From: an uncultured Aquificales bacterium
GTDB taxonomy: Bacteria; Thermosulfidibacterota; Thermosulfidibacteria; Thermosulfidibacterales; Thermosulfidibacteraceae
Length of the DNA: 13,897 bases
Direction of reading: 5' to 3'
Assembly: GCA_964411615.1 (NCBI GenBank)
Contig: CAYPLO010000012.1
Coordinates: forward strand, 1-13,897
Each line of letters opens with the position of its first letter. The stretch's first letter is position 1. Under the pieces are notes generated by a model. It was given only the letters and a program-made list of their open reading frames with translations. It searched no databases and had not been told where the DNA came from. Positions 1 through 10,543 of this stretch are shown piece by piece. The position numbers were made by a program, and so were the translations under genes.

Positions 1-2
1 AA

Positions 3-371
3 ATGTGGAGACTGAAAGTTATAGATAGCTTCAGTGCAGCTCACTTCTTGAGAAATTACAAGGGGAAGTGTGAGAATCTTCATGGACACAACTGGAAGGT
101 TGAACTGGAGGTGGAAGGAGAGCGCTTAGATGAGACGGGACTGCTCATAGACTTCAAAGAGCTTAAGAAGATACTCAAGAATGTTCTGGAGCTTCTGGAC
201 CACAGGCTAATAAACGATATCCCCCCTTTTGATTGGCAAAACCCATCTTCTGAGAATATAGCAAAGTTCATATCCGAAAAGGTGGAAGAGAGGCTTCCGG
301 AAGGTGTAAGGGTGGCCTCTGTCACCGTCTGGGAGTCTGAGAAGGCCTGTGCAACCTATATCCCGCCATGA
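3..371 (+). CDS. queD: 6-carboxy-5,6,7,8-tetrahydropterin synthase (queuosine/preQ0 biosynthesis)
   Basis: 122 aa. Has FSAAH, the C-x3-HGH motif (KCENLHGHNW), LDHRLIND, PSSENIA and VWES, all typical of the QueD/PTPS-I family. Upstream context is not visible. Confidence 0.93.
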   Translation: MWRLKVIDSFSAAHFLRNYKGKCENLHGHNWKVELEVEGERLDETGLLIDFKELKKILKNVLELLDHRLINDIPPFDWQNPSSENIAKFISEKVEERLPEGVRVASVTVWESEKACATYIPP

Positions 372-882
372 GGGGATAGAACCAGACCCCCCTGCAATCG
401 CTTAAGAATTCCTCCCCCTCCAGAGCCTCCTCCAGCCCCAGCTCCCTTTTTATAAGCCAGCTGTTGAAGAGAAGATAGCACCTTCCCTCTCCCGTGGAGC
501 CCCTCAGGGCCAAATCCACAACAACGGAACCTCCGACTCCGTTTTCAAGGGCAAAGGCCCTGATGGCCGCATCCTCAACTGCAGCCCTGACCATGTCCAT
601 GCCTTTAAGGGCACCCCAGGAGAGGTTCAGGAAGCGTTCAGCCTCTGCGAATCTGCCAGAGGCCTCATACACGTAGCCAGACACAAGCATGAGCTGGGGA
701 AGGGTTATCTTGCTGTTTTTTTCAAATCTATCGAGAAGGGCAAGGGCATAGGGATACTGGCCGGTGGTGTAAAGGCCCAGAACCTCCCTGAAGATAAGGG
801 CCTCCCTGTTCACGGCCAGGGAGGCCCCGGACAGGAGGCTAAAGATTAGCAAGCCTGTTAGCGGCCTCTTCAATCCTGTCAT
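322..882 (-). CDS. Hypothetical exported protein, possibly with TPR-like helical repeats
   Basis: 186-aa ORF filling the gap between queD and dapL. Basic N-terminus plus hydrophobic core ending ASLA (signal-peptide-like). GYVYEASGRFAEAERFL resembles a TPR helix pair. Start uncertain (ATG 882 or TTG 873). Confidence 0.6.
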   Translation of the reverse strand: MTGLKRPLTGLLIFSLLSGASLAVNREALIFREVLGLYTTGQYPYALALLDRFEKNSKITLPQLMLVSGYVYEASGRFAEAERFLNLSWGALKGMDMVRAAVEDAAIRAFALENGVGGSVVVDLALRGSTGEGRCYLLFNSWLIKRELGLEEALEGEEFLSDCRGVWFYPLMAGYRLHRPSQTPRR

Positions 883-1989
883 CGGGCATGCAGAGGGCCG
901 CTCTCACATAGCCCTCCCCGTAGACTCCAAAGCCCACCCCAGGGGTGAGAAGCACCCCGGCCTTATCAAGGGCAAGGTTGGCGAACTCCATGGATGTATA
1001 GCCTTCAGGCACCCTGAACCAAACATAAAAGGTGGCTTTCGGAGGCTTCACATCAAAGCCGGCCTTTTTTAAGCCCTCCACAAATATCTCTATCCTGCGC
1101 TTATAGGTCTCCCTTATCTGAGCAAGTCCTGGCTCGTTCTCTAAGGCAAAGATGGCAGCCTCCTGAACCGCCTGGAACACCCCGGAGTCTATGTTGGTCT
1201 TCACCTTAAGAAGTCCTCTTAAGACCTCGGCGTTGCCCACCGCCATGCCTATGCGCCACCCGGTCATGTTGAAGGTCTTGGAAAGAGAATGGAACTCCAC
1301 AGCCACATCCTTGGCACCGGGTATCTCAAGAATGCTCATGGGTGGCTCTTCGTAGTATATCTCGCTGTATGCGGCATCGTGGGCAACTATAAAGCCGTAC
1401 TCCTTGGCAAGAGAGACTATCTCCTCAAGGGACCTCCTCACCGCCATGGCGGAGGTGGGGTTGTTGGGATAGTTGAGGAAGAATATCTTTGTCCTGGCCA
1501 GAACATCCTTGGGGATAAAGCCCATATCGGGCATGAAGCCGTACTCCTCCCTTAATGGAACATGGTAGGGCTCACCCCCCGCCAGAACGGTGGCGGAGTG
1601 ATACACGGGATATCCAGGGTCCGGCACCAGAACCACATCGTTGGCCTCAACAAAGGCGAAGGGAAGGTGGGCTATGCCCTCCTTGGAACCGATAAGGGCC
1701 ACAACCTCCGTCTCCGGGTCAAGCTCCACCCCGAAGCGCCTCTTGTACCACCTCGCCACAGCCTCCCTGAAGGAGGCCATACCGTTGTAGGTAGGATACC
1801 TGTGATGCTCGGGCTTCTCCACGGCCCTCTTCATGGCATCAACTATAGGGGTGGGGGTGGGGAGGTCGGGGTCCCCTACCCCCATGTCTATCACATCAAC
1901 ACCCTCTGCAAGCTTCTTCGCCTTCTTTTCGTCAAGCTCGGCAAAGAGGTACTTGGGTAGCTTTTTGAGCCTTGAGGCCCACTCAAACA

Positions 1990-1990
<1 letters not shown>
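839..1990 (-). CDS. dapL: LL-diaminopimelate aminotransferase (PLP-dependent class I/II)
   Basis: Motifs DMGVGDPD, GSKEGIAH, NYPNNPT, DAAYSE and FHSLSKTFNMTGWRIG (PLP lysine). ATG at 1990 overlaps the upstream stop as TGATG, so it is preferred over GTG 1996. Substrate specificity is inferred from family resemblance. Confidence 0.8.
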
Positions 1991-4256
<2,266 letters not shown>

Positions 4257-4293
4257 AACCACCCCTCTCCCGCTCGTTTTTGTGAGCCCTTAC

Positions 4294-4309
4294 TTATCAA
4301 GCTTGATAA
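4294..4309. promoter_or_regulatory. Perfect 16-bp palindrome TTATCAAGCTTGATAA, candidate operator in the divergent promoter region
   Basis: The sequence equals its own reverse complement. It is centred in the only divergent intergenic region of the window and overlaps the predicted -35 box. Confidence 0.6.
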
Positions 4310-4331
4310 AGAGAGGCAATACCCTTAGAAT
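4303..4331 (+). promoter_or_regulatory. Sigma70-type promoter for the rightward operon
   Basis: TTGATA (4303-4308), a 17-bp spacer, then TAGAAT (4326-4331). Each hexamer matches TTGACA/TATAAT at 5 of 6 positions. Confidence 0.7.
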
Positions 4332-4339
4332 TAGGTGCC

Positions 4340-5545
4340 ATGAGGAGAGTGCTGACCGTTGCTCTGGTTCTCTGTGTAGCCCTTCCTGCCCTCGGCCTCT
4401 CCATTGAACCGGACCTGGGAGCACCAGAGGTCCAGCTCTTCATAGACAGCTACCTGACCAAGGACAGGGAATGGGTGGAGAGGTCCTTTCAAAGGCTCTC
4501 CTTCTACAGGTCAATAGTTATCAGAGCCTTGAGGGAGAGAGGACTTCCTGAAGAGCTGGTGGTCCTGCCGGTTCTGGAGAGCGGATACAGGGGAGATGCA
4601 AGGTCCACAAGTGGAGCCAAGGGCTACTGGCAGTTCATGCTCCAGACGGCCAGGAGGTTTGGGCTGGGAGTGAGCAGATGGGTGGACGAGAGGGGAGATA
4701 TAGAGAAGTCCTCAAAAGCAGCCGCCCGTTACCTGAGCTATCTGTACTCCATATTCAAGGACTGGAACTTGGTGCTTGCCGCCTACAACTCCGGGGAGGG
4801 GAACATCCTCAGGATAATGAAGACCACAGGGATAAAGGACTACTGGCTCATGTGCAGGCTGGGGCTTCTGAGCAGACAAGCCAGAGAGTTCGTTCCCAGG
4901 TTCATGGCCCTTCTGTGGATATACAGGCACAGGGAGGAGCTGGGGCTGAAGGTGGACGGGAACGTGAGGCTCGCAAAGGTCCACCTTCCAGGTGGAGTAT
5001 CCCTCCTTCATGTGGCCAGGGCTTCGGGAATGGACTACAACCTCATCAGGGAGCTGAATCCCTTTCTGAGAAGGGGGATAACACCCCCCTGGGGTGCCAG
5101 AATCTATGTGCCGGAGCAGCTGGTGGCAAAGGTAAGAAGCGGGATAGTGAGGCTTGCCTTAGCTGAGAAGGCCAGAAGGGCAAGGATAAGGCTTGTGAAG
5201 GGGTACTGGAAGGGATACGTGGTTAAAAGGGGAGACACCCTCTGGGACATATCCAGAAGGACGGGTATCCCTGTTGAGCTCATAAGGATGGTGAACGGTC
5301 TGTGGAACAATGTGATAAGGCCAGGTGATGTGCTGCTTGTGCCAACGAAGAGTCTCATGAGAAGAATCGTGAAGGTGGACTACGAGAGGGGAGTGCTGGT
5401 CTACCGGGTTGGCAGAGGGGACACCATCTGGAAGATATCAAGGCTCTTCGGTGTGAGCGCCCGAAGGATAAAGGGTAGCCACAGGCTAAAGCCCGGAGAC
5501 AGGCTGAGGATAGTTCTTGCAGGATACACCCATGAGAACGGTTAA
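4340..5545 (+). CDS. mltD: MltD-like lytic transglycosylase with LysM domains
   Basis: Signal peptide MRRVLTVALVLCVALPALG. SLT motifs PVLESGY (catalytic Glu), GAKGYWQFM and LAAYNSGEG. LysM repeats YVVKRGDTLWDISRR and YRVGRGDTIWKISR, plus a degenerate one ending IRELNP. Confidence 0.85.
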   Translation: MRRVLTVALVLCVALPALGLSIEPDLGAPEVQLFIDSYLTKDREWVERSFQRLSFYRSIVIRALRERGLPEELVVLPVLESGYRGDARSTSGAKGYWQFMLQTARRFGLGVSRWVDERGDIEKSSKAAARYLSYLYSIFKDWNLVLAAYNSGEGNILRIMKTTGIKDYWLMCRLGLLSRQAREFVPRFMALLWIYRHREELGLKVDGNVRLAKVHLPGGVSLLHVARASGMDYNLIRELNPFLRRGITPPWGARIYVPEQLVAKVRSGIVRLALAEKARRARIRLVKGYWKGYVVKRGDTLWDISRRTGIPVELIRMVNGLWNNVIRPGDVLLVPTKSLMRRIVKVDYERGVLVYRVGRGDTIWKISRLFGVSARRIKGSHRLKPGDRLRIVLAGYTHENG

Positions 5546-5792
5546 GGTGGCCTCTGTGGTTGCTGTTCTGTTAATAGCATCTTTCGGACTCTTCCTCTTC
5601 ACAAAGGCCTACTTCTCCCCCAGCTACATACACTACCGGGTGGGGGAGAGGTTCTTCAAGCAGGGGAGATACAGGGCAGCATACGAGGAGTTCAAAAGAG
5701 CCTTTGACCTCGACCCTTACAACAGGGCGGCGAGGCAGAGATTAGCAGACCTGAAGAGGATTCTGGGAAATGGAACAGCAGGAACCCAATGA
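5532..5792 (+). CDS. Small membrane-anchored TPR protein
   Basis: N-terminal hydrophobic helix (VASVVAVLLIASFGLFLF) followed by one TPR (HYRVGERFFKQGRYRAAYEEFKRAFDLDPYN). ATG 5532 is preceded by AGGA; the ORF track starts at 5517. Confidence 0.75.
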   Translation: MRTVKVASVVAVLLIASFGLFLFTKAYFSPSYIHYRVGERFFKQGRYRAAYEEFKRAFDLDPYNRAARQRLADLKRILGNGTAGTQ

Positions 5793-6018
5793 TAACACCG
5801 CCAAAGCGGAACGGCTCATAATGGCCCTCAACTCAATAGGAGAGCTGGTGATAAACCTCAAGGAGGAGAGGGATAGACTGCTTGGAGAGCTCTCAAAGGC
5901 CAAAGAGAGGATAGAGAGGCTGGAGGGGGAAAGGAGGCTTCTCAAGGAGAAGATAACGGCCCTGATAGAGCACATAGAGAGGATAGAGGAGTCCCTCCTG
6001 AGGAGGGAAGGGATTTGA
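5770..6018 (+). CDS. zapB: ZapB-like coiled-coil cell division protein
   Basis: 82-aa continuous heptad coiled coil with C-terminal ERRLLKEKITALIEHIE. Lies directly upstream of a ZapA-like gene (TTGA overlap). Call rests on size, composition and synteny. Confidence 0.55.
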   Translation: MEQQEPNDNTAKAERLIMALNSIGELVINLKEERDRLLGELSKAKERIERLEGERRLLKEKITALIEHIERIEESLLRREGI

Positions 6019-6326
6019 GCAGGAGGGAGATAACCATAAACATCCTGGGGCAGAAGAAGAGGATAAAGGCTCCCCCCATAGAGGACGAGGATGTGAGGGC
6101 CATTGAGAACTACATAACGGAGAATATAACCAAGCTGTTCAAAGGCTCCGAAAAGGCCATCGCATCTACCATAGTGAATAATAAGGCCATTCTCGCACTC
6201 ATCTTGAATATCTGCTGGGACTACATTAAATTGAAGAAGCAGGTTGAAGAGAATGAGCGTGAGCTGGGGCAGAGGCTGGACGAGGCCCTGCGCCTGGCCG
6301 AGTTTATAGAGAAGAGGGGGAGGTAA
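6015..6326 (+). CDS. zapA: ZapA-like cell division protein
   Basis: N-terminal beta hairpin EITINILGQKKRI, conserved-looking AILALILNI helix and C-terminal coiled coil. TTG start after a GGAGGGAAGG tract. Synteny with the cyclo-ligase, rny and ymdB supports the call. Confidence 0.7.
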   Translation: MSRREITINILGQKKRIKAPPIEDEDVRAIENYITENITKLFKGSEKAIASTIVNNKAILALILNICWDYIKLKKQVEENERELGQRLDEALRLAEFIEKRGR

Positions 6327-6331
6327 ACAGC

Positions 6332-6350
6332 GTCGCTCTCTGAGCGACTT
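6332..6350 (+). terminator. GC-rich hairpin after zapA (possible weak terminator or processing/stability element)
   Basis: GTCGCTC-TCT-GAGCGAC, a 7-bp perfect stem 5 nt after the zapA stop. It is followed only by TT, so there is no proper U-tract. Confidence 0.35.
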
Positions 6351-6391
6351 CACCATAGATGCCCTCCCCAAATAGCTAAGGTGTGCATACC

Positions 6392-7660
6392 ATGTATGAG
6401 CCTATTTACAGGGTCGTCAGACCCTCTGATATAGAGGAGGTCGTAGGGCAGAGTCATCTCCTGGCCCCAGGTGCCCCCCTGAGGGTGCTTATAGAGAGGG
6501 GGGAGTTCCCCTCCATGCTCTTCTACGGTCCCCCCGGAACGGGAAAGACCCTGGTTGCGGAGATAGTGGCCCACAGGATAAAGGCCAACTTTGTAAAGCT
6601 TTCCGCCGTAAAGGCAGGAACCCAGGATGTGAGAAAGGTGGCACAGGAGGCCGAGGAGCTTAAAAAATGGGGCAAAGATACGGTGCTCTTCTTAGACGAG
6701 ATACACAGGTTCAACAGGGCACAGCAGGACGTGCTTTTACCCTATATTGAGGAAGGAACCCTGGTCCTGGTTGGTGCCTCAACGGAGAATCCCATATTCG
6801 CCCTGAACAAGGCTCTGGTATCCAGGCTTATGGTCTTTGAGTTCAAGCCCCTGTCGGAGGAAGAGCTAAAAGAGATACTGCTGAGGGCCCTGAAAAAGCT
6901 GGGAAAGGAGGGGTTGCTGTCGGATGACGCCCTGTCCCTCATAGCCTCAAGGGCCGGTGGGGACGCCAGAAAGGCCCTGAGCATGCTGGAGCTTGTTCTA
7001 AAGGCAAATCCCGAAGGGGAAACCATAACCGATGCCCAGGTCCAGAGGGCTCTGGGGGAGACCACCTACCTGCGCTACAACAGGGATGAACACTACAACG
7101 TCATCTCCGCCTTCATAAAGAGCGTGAGGGGTTCGGACCCCGACGCAGCCCTCTACTGGCTGGCGGTGATGCTGGAGGCGGGAGAAGACCCCCTCTACAT
7201 AACCCGAAGACTCATGATTCTTGCGGCAGAGGATATAGGAATGGCGGACCCTGCAGCCATCATGGTGGCCACCTCCGCCCATGATGCCGTATCACAGGTG
7301 GGTATGCCCGAGGGGGAGCTGATACTGGCCTTTGCCACGGTCTACCTGGCAACGGCCCCAAAAAGCAACTCATGCTACTTAGCCATAAGAAGGGCAAGGG
7401 AGTGGGTTAAAAGGCACCCAGATGTGAAGGTTCCGGAACACCTCATGGACTCCCACGCCTGGGAGAAGAGGTCCAGCAAAGAGAGGTACCTGTACCCCCA
7501 CGATTACCCTGAAGGGTTCGTCAGGCAAAGATACATGCCTTGGGAAGAGGTCTTCTACATACCCAAGGAGCTGGGAAGGGAGGCGAAGGTTGCTGAAAAG
7601 CTTAAGAAACTCTGGGGCGAAAGATACCCTGAGAAAAGAGATGCTGAAGGCAAGAGGTGA
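6392..7660 (+). CDS. rarA: Replication-associated recombination protein A (RarA/MgsA AAA+ ATPase)
   Basis: Has RP..EEVVGQSHL, Walker A GPPGTGKT, Walker B LFLDEIHRF, GASTENP, SAFIKSVRGSDPDAA and YLYPHDY. ATG 6392 lies 8 nt after AAGGTG; GTG 6383 is the alternative start. Confidence 0.95.
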   Translation: MYEPIYRVVRPSDIEEVVGQSHLLAPGAPLRVLIERGEFPSMLFYGPPGTGKTLVAEIVAHRIKANFVKLSAVKAGTQDVRKVAQEAEELKKWGKDTVLFLDEIHRFNRAQQDVLLPYIEEGTLVLVGASTENPIFALNKALVSRLMVFEFKPLSEEELKEILLRALKKLGKEGLLSDDALSLIASRAGGDARKALSMLELVLKANPEGETITDAQVQRALGETTYLRYNRDEHYNVISAFIKSVRGSDPDAALYWLAVMLEAGEDPLYITRRLMILAAEDIGMADPAAIMVATSAHDAVSQVGMPEGELILAFATVYLATAPKSNSCYLAIRRAREWVKRHPDVKVPEHLMDSHAWEKRSSKERYLYPHDYPEGFVRQRYMPWEEVFYIPKELGREAKVAEKLKKLWGERYPEKRDAEGKR

Positions 7661-8168
7661 ACTGAGCCAGAAGTACAGAAGAGAAGCGGAGAAGGCCATA
7701 GGGGAGAAGCTGAGCTGTCTGAAGGAGGTGAAAAGGGCAGACACCCTCTGCATCTACTACCCGGTGAAGGGAGAGGTGGACCTCCTGGGCTGGGCAGACA
7801 GGCTGAACAAGAGGGTGTGCCTGCCAAAAGTTGCTGGTAGAGAACTGCTCTTCGGCAGTATCTCACAGCAGCTGATTGAGGGGAGATTCGGCATCCCGGA
7901 ACCCAAAGAGGCGGATGTGGAGTTTGAGGAGATAGACATCTTCGTGGTGCCGGGGGTGGCCTACGACTGGATGGGCTACAGGCTGGGATACGGAGGCGGA
8001 TACTACGACAGACTGCTTAAAAGGAGGCTTCCCCATCAGCTCTTCGTGGGGGTCTGCTTCCACCTGCAGCTGGTGGAGGAGCTGCCCAGGGAACCATGGG
8101 ACAGGGCCGTTGATGTGGTGGTAACGGAAAAGGCACTGATACGTGGCATCCTCTCACAAAAACTCTGA
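7590..8168 (+). CDS. fau: 5-formyltetrahydrofolate cyclo-ligase (YgfA/Fau)
   Basis: Motifs K..LR.EM...R, EVD, LPKV, FGIPEP, VVPGVAYD..GYRLGYGGGYYDR and EPWD..VD.VVTE. TTG start is 6 nt after GGAGG (7579-7583). Confidence 0.92.
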   Translation: MLKSLRNSGAKDTLRKEMLKARGELSQKYRREAEKAIGEKLSCLKEVKRADTLCIYYPVKGEVDLLGWADRLNKRVCLPKVAGRELLFGSISQQLIEGRFGIPEPKEADVEFEEIDIFVVPGVAYDWMGYRLGYGGGYYDRLLKRRLPHQLFVGVCFHLQLVEELPREPWDRAVDVVVTEKALIRGILSQKL

Positions 8169-8180
8169 AGGAGGGAGAAG

Positions 8181-9764
8181 ATGGGAGTGGTGATGCTTAT
8201 ACTGGGAGTGGTCATAGGAGCTGTGGCAGGAGGGTTCTTTGCCTACAACATGGTGCAGGGCTCTTCAAAGGAGAGACTCAACGAGGCCCGAAGGGAGGCC
8301 ACAAGGATTATAGAGGACGCCCGAAAGGAGGCGGAGGCCATAAAGAGGGAGAAACTCCTGGAGGCCAAGGAGGAGATACATAGGGAGAAGACCCAGCTTG
8401 AAGAGGAGATAAGGAGAAGAAAGCTGGAGATAGAGCAGGCTGAAAGCAAGCTCTCCCTGGTTAAGGAGGAGCTGGAGAGGCAGAAGCACAACTTAGAGCT
8501 CAAAGAGAAAGAGTTGAAGCTCACCGAGGAGGCCCTCCAGAGAAGGCAGGAGGAGCTGGAGGAGGCGAAGGAGGAGCTGGAGAAGGAGAAGGCATCCCTT
8601 GAAGAGGAGAGGCTTGAGATAAGGAAGAAACTGGAAGAGGTGGCCAAGATGACAGAGGAGGAGGCCAAGGAGGCTCTAAAGAAGGCCATGATAGAGGAGG
8701 CCCAAAAAGAAGCTTACGAGATTGTGAGAAGCATAGAGGAGGAGGCCAAGGAGACGGCCGACAAGAAGGCCAAGGAGATTATTGCAACGGCCGTTCAGAG
8801 GTACGCCGCCGATGTGGTCTCAGAGATAACCGTCTCTGTGGTCCATCTGCCCTCAGACGAGATGAAGGGCAGAATCATTGGAAGGGAGGGCCGCAACATC
8901 AGGGCCTTTGAGGCGGCCACAGGGGTGGACCTCATCATAGACGATACCCCGGAGACGGTGGTTCTCTCCTGCCACGACCCCGTGAGGAGGGAGGTGGCGA
9001 GAAGAGCCCTTGAAGCCTTGGTGAAGGACGGAAGGATACACCCTGCAAGCATTGAAGAGATGGTCAAACGCAAAAGGAGAGAGGTTGACGCCCACATAAA
9101 GGAGCTGGGAGAGGCCACCATCTTTGAGCTGGGTATACACAACATGCATCCGGAGCTGGTGAAGCTCATAGGAAGACTGCACTTCAGGACCAGCTACGCC
9201 CAGAACATGCTGGACCACTCCAAGGAGGTGGCCACCTTCTGCGGTATAATGGCGGCAGAGCTGGGGCTGGACGTGGCCTTCGCCAAGAGAATCGGACTCC
9301 TCCACGACATAGGCAAGGCGGTGGACCACGAGGTTGAAGGGTCCCACGCCATAATAGGTGCTGAGCTTGCCCGCAGATACGGGGAGAGCGAGAGGGTGGT
9401 GAACGCTATAGCATCCCATCACGGGGAGGTGGAGCCCCAGACCCCTGAAGCTGTGCTGCTGGCCGCAGCGGATGCCCTGTCGGCGGCAAGGCCCGGTGCA
9501 AGGAGGGAGATGGTGGAGGCCTACCTCAAGCGGATAGCCAAGATGGAGGAGATAGGCCAGTCCTTTGACGGAGTTGAGAGGTGCTACGCCATACAGGCGG
9601 GAAGGGAGCTGAGGGTGATTGTGATACCGGAGGAGATATCCGATGAGGAGACCTACTTCTTAGCCAAGGAGATAGCGAAAAGGCTGAAGGAGGAGCTCAC
9701 CTATCCGGGGCAGATAAAGGTCCATGTCATCCGTGAGACCAGGGCTGTGGAGTACGCCACATGA
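8181..9764 (+). CDS. rny: Ribonuclease Y
   Basis: N-terminal transmembrane helix, long Glu/Lys/Arg coiled coil, KH domain ([14 protein letters not shown]), HD domain (LLHDIGK), and C-terminal YAIQAGRE...YPGQIKV.VIRE.RA. Confidence 0.97.
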   Translation: MGVVMLILGVVIGAVAGGFFAYNMVQGSSKERLNEARREATRIIEDARKEAEAIKREKLLEAKEEIHREKTQLEEEIRRRKLEIEQAESKLSLVKEELERQKHNLELKEKELKLTEEALQRRQEELEEAKEELEKEKASLEEERLEIRKKLEEVAKMTEEEAKEALKKAMIEEAQKEAYEIVRSIEEEAKETADKKAKEIIATAVQRYAADVVSEITVSVVHLPSDEMKGRIIGREGRNIRAFEAATGVDLIIDDTPETVVLSCHDPVRREVARRALEALVKDGRIHPASIEEMVKRKRREVDAHIKELGEATIFELGIHNMHPELVKLIGRLHFRTSYAQNMLDHSKEVATFCGIMAAELGLDVAFAKRIGLLHDIGKAVDHEVEGSHAIIGAELARRYGESERVVNAIASHHGEVEPQTPEAVLLAAADALSAARPGARREMVEAYLKRIAKMEEIGQSFDGVERCYAIQAGRELRVIVIPEEISDEETYFLAKEIAKRLKEELTYPGQIKVHVIRETRAVEYAT

Positions 9765-10543
9765 GGATACTCTTCATAGGGGATGTGGTTGGAAGGCCCG
9801 GAAGAAGGGCGGTAAAGATGTGGCTCCCCCAGCTCAAGGAGAGGTACAGGCCCCACCTCGTTGTGGCCAACGGGGAGAACGCCGCAGGGGGGTTTGGACT
9901 TACAAGGGATGTATACAACGAGCTGATAGACTCCGGGATAGATGTGCTCACAGGGGGCAACCACATCTGGGACAAGAAGGAGTTCGTTAAAGAGATGGAC
10001 GGGCTGCCCCAGGTGCTCAGGCCCGCCAACTACCCCGAGGGGGTGCCGGGAAGGGGCTGGCTCATCCAGCAGACGGAGGCAGGGCCCGTTGCCGTAATAA
10101 ACCTGCAGGGGCGAATCTTCATGGAATGCTTAGACTGCCCCTTCAGAACCATGGACAACCTGTTAAAGCTCATAGGGGACGGCATAAAGGTGAAGATAGT
10201 GGACTTCCACGCCGAGGCCACAGCCGAAAAATCCCTGTTAGCCTTCTACCTGTCGGGGAGGGTATCGGCGGTGCTGGGCACCCACACCCACGTCCAGACC
10301 TGCGACGAGAGGATACTGGATGGCTACACCGGGTTCATAACAGATGTTGGCATGACGGGACCCATAAACTCATCCATAGGGATGGACTTCCCTGAGGTGC
10401 TGGAGAGAATCATCTACCATATACCCAGGAAGTTCAAGGTGGCCAAGGGACCCGTTATGCTCAACGCCGTCTTCTTAGAGGTTGATGAGGCCACGGGAAG
10501 GTGCTTAAAGATTGAGAGAATCTTCCTGAAAGAGGAGAGCTGA
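9761..10543 (+). CDS. ymdB: YmdB/TIGR00282-family metallophosphoesterase (2',3'-cyclic nucleotide phosphodiesterase)
   Basis: Motifs GDVVG, NGEN, GNH, RPANYP, DFHAEAT.EK, GTHTH and TDVGMTG. ATGA overlap with rny, the canonical rny-ymdB arrangement. Confidence 0.93.
   Translation: MRILFIGDVVGRPGRRAVKMWLPQLKERYRPHLVVANGENAAGGFGLTRDVYNELIDSGIDVLTGGNHIWDKKEFVKEMDGLPQVLRPANYPEGVPGRGWLIQQTEAGPVAVINLQGRIFMECLDCPFRTMDNLLKLIGDGIKVKIVDFHAEATAEKSLLAFYLSGRVSAVLGTHTHVQTCDERILDGYTGFITDVGMTGPINSSIGMDFPEVLERIIYHIPRKFKVAKGPVMLNAVFLEVDEATGRCLKIERIFLKEES

Noticed and set aside
3..371. queD as part of a 7-deazaguanine DNA-modification (dpd) defence island
   Set aside because: No dpdA/tgt paralog, queC, queE, folE or defence genes are visible in the window. 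The upstream region is unseen, and ordinary queuosine synthesis is the simpler reading.
4280..4297. TTGTGAG as a possible Rex operator upstream of nfnA
   Set aside because: Only one half-site resembles TTGTGAA; the partner half-site (TTCACAA) is absent.
6327..6391. Full-length 6S RNA or tRNA in the spacer
   Set aside because: The spacer is only ~65 nt, with no cloverleaf or T-loop motif, and is too short for canonical 6S.
8270..8780. GAG/AAG-rich quasi-repetitive purine tract
   Set aside because: It encodes the Glu/Lys/Arg coiled coil of RNase Y and is not a DNA repeat or array.
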